NCBI GenBank assembly: GCA_002774685.1 | Contig: PEXN01000105.1 | Span: forward strand, 1-48,244 | Direction: 5' to 3' | Source of the DNA: Elusimicrobia bacterium CG08_land_8_20_14_0_20_51_18 | GTDB taxonomy: Bacteria; Elusimicrobiota; Elusimicrobia; Elusimicrobiales; UBA9959 | DNA length: 48,244 bases | Part shown: positions 34,681 to 42,020 of the stretch, piece by piece | Numbering within the stretch: the stretch's first letter is position 1 | How the letters are laid out: each line of letters begins with the position of its first letter | Notes under the pieces: generated by a model | The model's input: only the letters and a program-made list of their open reading frames with translations | Databases searched by the model: none | What the model was told of the DNA's origin: nothing | Position numbers and translations under genes: made by a program

Positions 34681-34718
34681 CCTTGTTTATCCCTTATCCC
34701 TAATCCTTTATCCCTTAA
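34681..34718 (-). repeat. Heptad array GGGATAA-type on the transcribed strand
   Basis: The minus strand reads GTTAAGG GATAAAG GATTAGG GATAAGG GATAAAC AAGG, starting 3 nt after the DUF4159 stop. Same motif family as 11599-11648. Confidence 0.7.
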
Positions 34719-34721
34719 CTT

Positions 34722-35480
34722 TTAATATTCCATTAATTGCGAATCTATTTTTCTTATTCTGTCCATGATAAGCGGCTGGTGCACCGCGTCCGATTTATAG
34801 TCGCCGGTGAGGAAATACATCACGGCGTTGAGCAGGACGCGTCTGGACATTTCCCTCTGGGCCTCGCCGCCGGGCACGCATTTATAAAGATATTTGCCGT
34901 TCCCGTCTTTCCGCCAGACCGAATAAATATCGTTCTTGAAGAACAGAGACGCCTTTCTTCCCTCAAATTCCGTCCCCTTGGGTACGGCCGAGAAAAAATA
35001 ACGGCCGAAGGGCCTGTTTATGATAAAAAAACTCTTAAAAAGAGGCTCATCGGAACGCAGGGGCTTCATTTCCGAATTAAAAACCGTCCCGTTGAGCTTT
35101 TCGGCCCAAAGCGAAAAAGCGCTGTCCATTTCCCCGCTGGAATCGTTTATAAGCAAATTGCCGCCGGAAGAAAAATATTTCCTTAATTTAACTATTTCTT
35201 CGAAATCCGGGTCCGCCGGCGGCCTGGAACAGGAAAGAAGTAAAATAGGATAAAGCGAAAGCTCGTCTTTAAGGGAAATTTTTTTCATCTTTACCGGAAG
35301 CCGGATGTTCGCGGCCCCGTCCAGCCAAAGCGCTATTTCCGAGTAAACCTTTTCATCGAACCCGCAGGGACTCCCCTGATAGGGGTCCAGTACCGCCATA
35401 TTGAGTTCCAGGGCGGATGCGGCCTGGGCAAAAAACAGGAAAAAAAAGGCTATTTTAGCCCGTCTCAAAAATATTTCCAT
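34722..35480 (-). CDS. DUF4159-like secreted protein
   Basis: Signal peptide. Its position and size match DUF4159 members of MoxR/DUF58/VWA operons. 16-nt overlap with the upstream gene. Confidence 0.5.
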   Translation of the reverse strand: MEIFLRRAKIAFFFLFFAQAASALELNMAVLDPYQGSPCGFDEKVYSEIALWLDGAANIRLPVKMKKISLKDELSLYPILLLSCSRPPADPDFEEIVKLRKYFSSGGNLLINDSSGEMDSAFSLWAEKLNGTVFNSEMKPLRSDEPLFKSFFIINRPFGRYFFSAVPKGTEFEGRKASLFFKNDIYSVWRKDGNGKYLYKCVPGGEAQREMSRRVLLNAVMYFLTGDYKSDAVHQPLIMDRIRKIDSQLMEY

Positions 35481-37414
35481 AATATAAGATTCTCCAGCGC
35501 CATCGACGCCGCGGCGAGTAAAACTAGAAAATGAAAAACCTCTATCTTGTAGGCCCGGCTCTTGAACTCCTCCATGAAATTATTTTCTGGAACTTTCTCC
35601 CATGGAGGGTTTTCGGCTTTTTCCAGCGCGCTTTCTTTAACGGCGGGATCCGTATTGCAGGAAAAATACAGGGTTTCTTCGGCGAAATCGCCCCGGTAAA
35701 CGCCTGGAATCTGGCATTTGAACTCCGGACCGTAAGCCCTGGAAAACTTTCCTTCCCGTAAACCGAAAACGGCCGAAGGACGGTTTTTTTCCGGAAAGGG
35801 AAAAACGCCTATAAAAAAGGAATTTCCTTCTTCGGAAAAATCGCTTTCGGCCGTCCTTTTCAGTATATCCCAAAAAACCGGCTTTAAGGCGATATTGGAA
35901 TTCATTATCTCCGCGGAAAAGGAAAAAGCGTAAGATTCCCCGGGAGCCGAAGGGATCCTGAAAAAAGCCGGATAAACCGCGTTCCCGGCTTTAAGATAAA
36001 GCCAGGTCGCGGCTGTCCGTGAATTGGCCAGGGCGTAAAATTTCTTGACATAGACCTTCTCCAACTCGTATTTGGCCGGGTCCAGGGAAGTTCCTCCGGC
36101 CGCCCCGGAAAGCCGGAAATCTCCCGAATAAACCTTCCCTTCAAGCCCCGGAAAGGAGTTTCCCAAAAAAGCAAAATCTTTTTCCGGGTTTTCCGGAACC
36201 ATGAAAAAAGGGATTTTAGCCGCGAACAGCGGCTTGAGCGATTCCGGAGGGGAAACGGAAAAGGCGAATATTCTGGAATATTCGGAAAGCTTTTCGGCGC
36301 CGGTCGTCGACGCGTCCAGAAAATCGGCGTCAAAAAAGGCGTTTTCTTCTTTCAAAAGTCTGAAAATCTCCTTGGCGAAATAAGCCGGCCGGCCCGGTAT
36401 GTAAGCCTCCCGTCCCGAATAGAGAAAGGCCGCTTTCCTGAAATTACCGGCGGAGCACAGGTAATACCTGTCGTCGGCCGCGAGGGCGTCGCCCGAAGTT
36501 TCCAGATAACCGCATCTCTCCCCTCTCTCCAGCGAAAGCGAGAAAGAAACCGAAGTCCCTTTTTTGAATTCGGCCGTTCTCCAGTTGCCGCAGGCCGCCG
36601 TATCGCAGTATCGCAATCTGACGCGTCCGGAAAACGGCTCCGACGACTTCAATTTGCCGCTTATACGCAGGCGCGAGCCTTTTTCGGAAAGCTTTCCGGC
36701 CGCCTTAACCTCTTCGAACCAGAAATTCAGCGGTTTTTTTCCGAAATCCGCCGAAAACAATCTCCCCGGCGCGGGCTCCTTTAAGGCCGCGCGGAGGCCG
36801 TTCGCGGACTCGTCGCTGGCCAAAAAAATTATTTTCTTCCTTCCCGAACGCCCGGAAAGCAGCTCTTTCGCCTTTTCCAGGGCGGCGGAGTAATCCGTGC
36901 CGGAATAGGAAAAGGAGGGATCGGAGGGGAACTTTTCCAGAGCTTCCGCCGGAGGCATAAATTCTCCGGCGCTTTTGATCTTCCCCGAAAAAGAAATTAC
37001 GGCTACGCCGGAGTTTTCCGAAAGCTCCGCTATTATTTTTTTTGCCAGCTCATGCGCCCTGAAAAAATACGTTTTTTCTTTCACCCGGGCGGACATGGAG
37101 TAGGATTCGTCGGAAAGTATTACAAGGTCCACGTTTTCCTTCAGGTGACCGGAAGCGAAACGCCCGGGAAGCTTCCAGTCCGCGTAAGGTCCGGAAAAGG
37201 AAAAGATTATAAGAAAAAGGAACAGGCACCTGAGCAGGAGAACGGCATACTTGAGACGGTTGGTTCTGGCTATCTCCGCCGCCTTAAGCTCCCTGAAGAT
37301 AACCAGCGAGGGAAAGACTATCCGCTTCTTTTTAAACCTGAGAAAAAAATAGACCGCGGCCGGGACGACGGAAAGCGGAAGAAAAAGGAGCAACCGTTCA
37401 TCTGCGAAGGTCAC
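35465..37414 (-). CDS. BatA_N-type double-TM protein with VWA domain
   Basis: N-terminus LLLFLPLSVVPAAVYFFLRFKKKRIVFPSL (aerotolerance-regulator N-terminal type) and MIDAS DxSxS (DLVILSDESYSMS). GTG start with GAGGGGG upstream. Confidence 0.7.
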   Translation of the reverse strand: MTFADERLLLFLPLSVVPAAVYFFLRFKKKRIVFPSLVIFRELKAAEIARTNRLKYAVLLLRCLFLFLIIFSFSGPYADWKLPGRFASGHLKENVDLVILSDESYSMSARVKEKTYFFRAHELAKKIIAELSENSGVAVISFSGKIKSAGEFMPPAEALEKFPSDPSFSYSGTDYSAALEKAKELLSGRSGRKKIIFLASDESANGLRAALKEPAPGRLFSADFGKKPLNFWFEEVKAAGKLSEKGSRLRISGKLKSSEPFSGRVRLRYCDTAACGNWRTAEFKKGTSVSFSLSLERGERCGYLETSGDALAADDRYYLCSAGNFRKAAFLYSGREAYIPGRPAYFAKEIFRLLKEENAFFDADFLDASTTGAEKLSEYSRIFAFSVSPPESLKPLFAAKIPFFMVPENPEKDFAFLGNSFPGLEGKVYSGDFRLSGAAGGTSLDPAKYELEKVYVKKFYALANSRTAATWLYLKAGNAVYPAFFRIPSAPGESYAFSFSAEIMNSNIALKPVFWDILKRTAESDFSEEGNSFFIGVFPFPEKNRPSAVFGLREGKFSRAYGPEFKCQIPGVYRGDFAEETLYFSCNTDPAVKESALEKAENPPWEKVPENNFMEEFKSRAYKIEVFHFLVLLAAASMALENLILWKYF

Positions 37415-37487
37415 GCTGACGCCCCCTCAGGCCGCGACGCGGCCTCGAATAAATACCGGCCGGAGATCGGACGGGGAAACGGATGGT

Positions 37488-38363
37488 TCATGTCCGCCGC
37501 CCTTCCGTGAGCCGCCTCAGCGAACTGACATCTCCCTCTTCCGAAACCCGGAAATAACGCGTATTCTGCAGGGAAAAAGCGGCGCGGCACTCGCTCAGCC
37601 ACTTTTCATGTTTTTCTTCGAGGATCTTCCTGAAACCGGAATATTCAAAGGCCAGTTCCTCTCCCGTTTCCGCGTCGGAGAGAAGGACTTCCCCGGCGGA
37701 ACTTATTATTTTACCGAGGTCCTTCTCGAAAAAATGAAAGACCGTCTTTTCCCTGGGATTCGCGGCCAGGACGGCCGCCAGCGCCCTGAGTTTTTCCCGG
37801 GGAAAAAAAAGGTCCGAAAAGAAGGCCATTCTGCAGTTCTTCCCCGTTTCGGCGGCCTTGCCGGCGAAAGTTTCCACTTCGAAATTCCCGCCGGAAAATT
37901 CCGCCGAAGAAAAAAACTCGTCGAGAATTATCAGTTTTTCGAAACCGCGGAGAGAGGGGCTGGAAACCGTTTTTTTCTCCCGCAGCAGGTGGAGGTTCAG
38001 CTTTTCTCCCCTTAAAAGCAGTATCCCGCAGGCGTAAAGGGCGAATTTCACGAAAAGCCGGGAATATTCCCCGGAAAAACCCATGGAAGCCGAAGCGTCG
38101 AAAAAAATTTCCCAGCCCGTACGTCTTTCCTGAAGAAAATCCTTGACATAGAGCCTCTCGTTCCTGGCATAGGCTTTCCAGTCTATAAACCGGGAGCCTT
38201 CTCCGGCATTGTGGCTGCGGTGTCCGGCGAATTCCGAATCGGGAGTCCTGGAAGAAATATTGCCCAGGTTCATTCCGCCGGCTTCTCCGCCGCGGCTGAA
38301 ACCCTGCCTGCTGCCCGCCAGATTTTTTATTTTTTTTATATCTTCGTCGTCGAGATATTTCAT
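37488..38363 (-). CDS. DUF58 family protein
   Basis: Signature ...GEGSRFIDWKAYARNERLYVKDF... typical of DUF58 proteins that follow MoxR ATPases. Confidence 0.85.
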   Translation of the reverse strand: MKYLDDEDIKKIKNLAGSRQGFSRGGEAGGMNLGNISSRTPDSEFAGHRSHNAGEGSRFIDWKAYARNERLYVKDFLQERRTGWEIFFDASASMGFSGEYSRLFVKFALYACGILLLRGEKLNLHLLREKKTVSSPSLRGFEKLIILDEFFSSAEFSGGNFEVETFAGKAAETGKNCRMAFFSDLFFPREKLRALAAVLAANPREKTVFHFFEKDLGKIISSAGEVLLSDAETGEELAFEYSGFRKILEEKHEKWLSECRAAFSLQNTRYFRVSEEGDVSSLRRLTEGRRT

Positions 38364-38574
38364 CCGGCCACCCGCTTATCCCGACACCCGCTCAGGGCAT
38401 AAAGCCCGTTTTCGTCCCGCTCCTCACAGCGAAGCAGCCGCTTTATGCGGTAGCCCGAACAGAAGGGACAGTCCCTTCCCCTTATTCCATAAGGAAGAGA
38501 GACGGGCAAGCGGGTGTCGGGATTATCAGTCTTTAAAATATCGTGCCGCTTTATGCGGCAAGCGGGTGGCAGGA
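38364..38574. ncRNA. Unclassified structured element, copy 2 (paralogue of 3715-3942); fills the whole TPR/DUF58 spacer
   Basis: Nested helices pair 38366-38377 with 38560-38570 and 38378-38392 with 38509-38523 (15/15). Hairpins sit at 38395-38407, 38434-38454, 38480-38494 and 38545-38559. CACCCGCT and AGCGGGTG are each duplicated, which allows alternative pairing. Confidence 0.5.
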
Positions 38575-39642
38575 TCATTTTCCGGAACCCGCCCGCCTTA
38601 CGAGATGAGCGAGCTTTTCTCCGGCCGGTCCGTATCCGAGGTCCGCGCTTTTTTTCCAGTCCTTCAGGGCTTCCTTTACCCGGCCTTCCTGAAAATTTAT
38701 TCTGCCGCGAAGATCGTAAAGAAGGGGGAGGTCGGCCCCGGTTTTTGCCATGGCCAGCTCGGCGTATTCGAGAGCCTCTTTCTGCCTGTTAAGCCTGTAA
38801 AGCTGTTTTGAAAGAAAATACGCGTCATAGGAGGAAATTTCCTTTCCCCGGAGCGCGGCCGCTTTTCCCATATCCTCGCAAGCCCCGGAATAATCCCCGA
38901 GCTCTTCCAGAAAAAAAGCCCTTTCTTCCAGGTAATCCGCGGTTTCCGGCGACGCCGAAACCGCCCTGGAAACGCAATATATCGCGTTTGAACGCAAACC
39001 CGCTCCTTTATAGGCCTTGTACAGGCCGAACCATATCTCGGGATTTTCCGGATACCTGAGCAGGGCCTTTTTCAGGTCGGAAACGGCCTCCGGGTATTTT
39101 CCCAGTCCGGTGAGGAGCCCTGCTCTTTCCGGGAGCAGAGAATAATCCGACGGATCTATCTTTACCGCGCTGTTCAGGTCGGCCAGGGCTTTTTCCTCCC
39201 GCCCCGTTTCCGCGTAAGCGCGCGCCCTCATGAAATAAGCTTCGGTGTCGAACGGGTCGAGGCTCAGCGATTTGGAGGCGTAAAAGATCTCTCCCTCGTA
39301 ATCTTTCAGATATTCGCCCAGGATGAAAGCTTTCAGGTTATACGAAGCTGCTTCCGGGTAACCGAGCTTTATGCTTTTTTCCAACTCTTCAAGAGCCCGC
39401 TCATAAAGCCCCTGATTCTTCAGGGCCATCGCCTTAAGATAGAACAGGTAGCCGTTCCCGCCGTGCCCAGGCAGGGATTTTTCTATAAGCTTAAGCGCTT
39501 CTTCGTTCCTGTCTTCCCTTAAAAAATCTCCGACCACGGCGATATCCGGAGCGTCAAGCAGGTCCCCGCAAACATGATAAAAAAAATAGGAAACGGAAAA
39601 AAGGGAAAAAAGCGTCAATATCGCGAGGGGAATTCTTTTCAT
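38575..39642 (-). CDS. TPR-repeat protein, membrane-anchored or secreted
   Basis: Multiple TPR repeats. The start is set at the ATG 39640-39642 (MKRIPLAILTLFSLFS...), which overlaps the moxR stop as ATGA. The ORF-track N-terminal 67 codons are a shadow inside moxR. Confidence 0.8.
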   Translation of the reverse strand: MKRIPLAILTLFSLFSVSYFFYHVCGDLLDAPDIAVVGDFLREDRNEEALKLIEKSLPGHGGNGYLFYLKAMALKNQGLYERALEELEKSIKLGYPEAASYNLKAFILGEYLKDYEGEIFYASKSLSLDPFDTEAYFMRARAYAETGREEKALADLNSAVKIDPSDYSLLPERAGLLTGLGKYPEAVSDLKKALLRYPENPEIWFGLYKAYKGAGLRSNAIYCVSRAVSASPETADYLEERAFFLEELGDYSGACEDMGKAAALRGKEISSYDAYFLSKQLYRLNRQKEALEYAELAMAKTGADLPLLYDLRGRINFQEGRVKEALKDWKKSADLGYGPAGEKLAHLVRRAGSGK

Positions 39643-40670
39643 CTCGAAATTATGTCTTTTATTATGTCGTCGGCTGAAACCGAGTCGGACTTCGCCTGAA
39701 AATTGAGTATTATTCTGTGCCTGAGCGCCGGACCCGCCACGGCCTTGACGTCTTCCGCCGAAGGGGCGCACCGGCCCTGCAGGGCGGCCCGCGCCCGCGC
39801 CGCCAGGACCAGGTATTGCGAACCGCGGGGGCCGGCTCCCCACAAAACGTATTTTTTTATTTTTTCCGAAGAAGAACAGGCGGGCCTCGTTTCGGCCGCC
39901 AGCCTGACGGCGAAATCCACCACGGAGTCGGCGGCCGGCAGACTTGCGACGGTTTTCTGCATCCTGGAAATTTCCCCGGCGCCTGCCGCTTTTTCGAGCC
40001 CGGCCGTTTCAAGGGAAGGAATCTCTCCGGCTATTTTTTTTTCTTCCTCTATTTTCGGATAAGAGATGTTAAGCTGCATAAAAAAACGGTCCAGTTGGGC
40101 CTCGGGGAGGTTGTAAGTCCCCTCCTGCTCTATCGGATTCTGCGTGGCAAAAACCATGAAAGGGGAGGGAAGGGGATAGCTTTCTCCGGCTACGGTAACG
40201 CTCAACTCCTGCATGGCCTCGAGCAAAGCCGACTGAGTTTTACTGGGCGCCCTGTTTATTTCGTCAGCCAGTACAAGATTCGCGAAAACCGGTCCCCGGA
40301 AAAATTCGAAAGCTTTTTCTTCGCGTTCTTTACGAACCAATATCTCATAACCCGTTATATCCGAAGGCATCAGATCCGGCGTGAACTGTATCCTGGAAAA
40401 TTTAAGGTCCAGTATCCTGGACAAGGAGGAAACCAGAAGCGTTTTTGCGAGCCCGGGGACGCCGACTATCAGCACGTGGCCCCTGGAAAAAAGCGAAACG
40501 AGTATATTCCCGACCGTTTCCTCCTGGCCGGTTATGATCTTTGAAAGCTCTCTCTTTATTTTGCTTCCGCAATCGGAAATTTCGCGGATTTTATTTTCCA
40601 TTTCATTCACCCCGCCACCTGCTTGCGAATCGCTTTCAGACTTGGGCGGAAAGCGGTGCGGGGTGGTCAT
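39639..40670 (-). CDS. MoxR-like AAA+ ATPase
   Basis: Walker A GVPGLAKT and Walker B LADEINRAP. The start is ambiguous. ATG 40668-40670 is preceded by TGTATAAT-N7. ATG 40599-40601 (MENKIREI...) is preceded by GGGGTGA and gives the usual MoxR length. Confidence 0.9.
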   Translation of the reverse strand: MTTPHRFPPKSESDSQAGGGVNEMENKIREISDCGSKIKRELSKIITGQEETVGNILVSLFSRGHVLIVGVPGLAKTLLVSSLSRILDLKFSRIQFTPDLMPSDITGYEILVRKEREEKAFEFFRGPVFANLVLADEINRAPSKTQSALLEAMQELSVTVAGESYPLPSPFMVFATQNPIEQEGTYNLPEAQLDRFFMQLNISYPKIEEEKKIAGEIPSLETAGLEKAAGAGEISRMQKTVASLPAADSVVDFAVRLAAETRPACSSSEKIKKYVLWGAGPRGSQYLVLAARARAALQGRCAPSAEDVKAVAGPALRHRIILNFQAKSDSVSADDIIKDIISR

Positions 40671-40688
40671 AAAATTGATTATACAAAA

Positions 40689-40723
40689 AAAAGGCAAAAG
40701 GCTTCAGGCTCAAGGCAGAAGGG
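40689..40723 (+). repeat. Five consecutive heptads nnnAGGC (AAAAGGC AAAAGGC TTCAGGC TCAAGGC AGAAGGG)
   Basis: Read directly. It lies just upstream of the moxR start region, and the motif is on the non-transcribed strand relative to moxR. Confidence 0.75.
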
Positions 40724-40813
40724 GGGATTTTCAAAAAAAATTGTCGCTAATTTCCTATCGGATTGTTTTCGTCCGCTATCTGGCGCCGATCTCTATTCTC
40801 TGAGGTTATATGG

Positions 40814-40856
40814 TAGGGCTGCCTTTTTGGGGGGTAGGGTGAGGGAGGCAGCCCTA
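40814..40856 (-). other. 11-bp perfect hairpin (TAGGGCTGCCT / AGGCAGCCCTA) with a 21-nt G-rich (plus) / C-rich (minus) loop
   Basis: The stem pairs 40814-40824 with 40846-40856, and the loop is TTTTGGGGGGTAGGGTGAGGG. It would sit at about +4 to +46 of a transcript from the candidate moxR promoter. Confidence 0.55.
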
Positions 40857-40866
40857 ACATGATTTT

Positions 40867-40895
40867 ATTCTACCACCTCTTTTGACTTTTGTCAA
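40867..40895 (-). promoter_or_regulatory. Candidate moxR-operon promoter TTGACA-N17-TAGAAT
   Basis: On the minus strand, -35 is the complement of 40890-40895 and -10 is the complement of 40867-40872. Confidence 0.5.
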
Positions 40896-40903
40896 GCGTC
40901 CTA

Positions 40904-40919
40904 TGTAACCTGAGTTACA
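40904..40919. promoter_or_regulatory. Inverted repeat TGTAAC-N4-GTTACA (operator-like)
   Basis: 6-bp arms located 9 nt upstream of the -35 of the candidate moxR promoter, in the divergent moxR / REC-GGDEF control region. Confidence 0.35.
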
Positions 40920-41010
40920 AAAGCTTCACGCCCCGGGTTCCCGGTTCGCGCGGATTTCCCCGGACGCCGTCTCGGGAGGCTCTTGAAAGAGCTCCTGACG
41001 GATTTTTCCG

Positions 41011-41039
41011 TTGATTTAAGATTATATTTTTTTTATAAT
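41011..41039 (+). promoter_or_regulatory. Promoter TTGATT-N17-TATAAT placing +1 on the ATG of the REC-GGDEF gene
   Basis: -35 at 41011-41016 and -10 at 41034-41039, then tttaat, then ATG at 41046. No SD. Confidence 0.55.
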
Positions 41040-41045
41040 TTTAAT

Positions 41046-42020
41046 ATGGCGGTTAAAGATTCGGTTTCGGGGGACTTTTTGCCGGACAAAAAAAAGATTT
41101 TAGTCATCGACGACGACGTCAACGTGGCCATCCTGATATCCGCGCTTTTCAAGAAATTCAACTACGAACTTACCCCCCTGTACAGCGGAAAAGAGCTGAT
41201 GGATTATCTGAAAAAATCCAAACCTGACCTGATACTCCTGGACCTGAAGCTGCCGGACATCAACGGTCTGGACCTCTGCAAAAAAATAAGGGAAAATCCC
41301 TACAACAGCGACATCCCGATAGTGATCCTCAGCGGCGTCGCCGAACTGGACGCCAGGGTCGACGTCATAGAAAGCGGCGCGGACGACTATATAACCAAGC
41401 CCTTCGACGTGAGGGAATTGCGGGCCAGGATAAACAGGACCCTCAGCAGAAAAAAAGTAGACACTTCCCTGAACCCGCTTACCGCCCTGCCGGGAAGCCC
41501 TTCCATAGAAGAATTCATAAAAACCAGGATAAAAAACAACAAGAATTTCGGCTTTGCCTATGTGGACGCGGACAATTTCAAGTCTTACAACGACGTTTAC
41601 GGCTATGCCAGGGGCGACGAAGTCATAAAAAAGATAGCCGAAATAATAATCTCCGCCACCAAGAAATTTTCCGGCGAAGACTATTTTGTGGGACATATAG
41701 GCGGCGACGATTTCGTTTTAATAACTTCCCAGGACAAAACGGAGACCGTGGTCGAAGAGGTTATACGGGAATTCGACTCCGTTATAGGAGGCTTCTACTC
41801 GGAAGCCGACAGAAAAACCGGCTCTATAACCACTCTCGACCGGCAGAACAAGATGAAAAGTTTCCCGCTTATGACGCTTTCGGTGGCCGTGGTCATCCCC
41901 AACAAACCCACACATTACGCCAAAATAGTTGAAAACGCGTTCGAGATAAAAAGATACCTGAAATCTCTCCCTCACAAGAAAACCAGCAAATACCACAAGG
42001 ACAGAAGAATAAATGAATAA
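41046..42020 (+). CDS. Response regulator: receiver domain + GGDEF-family cyclase domain with GGDDF motif
   Basis: REC: ILVIDDD, DLILLDLKLPD and DYITKPF. Cyclase: YVDADNFKSYNDVYGYARGDEV...GHIGGDDFVLI (GGDDF at 41700-41714). Confidence 0.85.
   Translation: MAVKDSVSGDFLPDKKKILVIDDDVNVAILISALFKKFNYELTPLYSGKELMDYLKKSKPDLILLDLKLPDINGLDLCKKIRENPYNSDIPIVILSGVAELDARVDVIESGADDYITKPFDVRELRARINRTLSRKKVDTSLNPLTALPGSPSIEEFIKTRIKNNKNFGFAYVDADNFKSYNDVYGYARGDEVIKKIAEIIISATKKFSGEDYFVGHIGGDDFVLITSQDKTETVVEEVIREFDSVIGGFYSEADRKTGSITTLDRQNKMKSFPLMTLSVAVVIPNKPTHYAKIVENAFEIKRYLKSLPHKKTSKYHKDRRINE

Noticed and set aside
39643-39843. N-terminal extensions in the ORF track: TPR gene to 39843, ppdK to 10954, REC gene from 40983, PP2C from 47170, DUF2723 to 32221
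   Set aside because: The extensions overlap upstream genes or promoters, lack an SD, and use rare starts or give low-complexity peptides. Internal ATGs with an SD, an ATGA coupling or a -10 box fit better.
40825-40845. G-quadruplex in the hairpin loop GGGGGGTAGGGTGAGGG
   Set aside because: There are only three clean G-tracts plus one long run, and the flanking 11-bp stem would compete. It is also on the non-transcribed strand relative to the candidate moxR promoter. It is mentioned under the control-region finding but not claimed.
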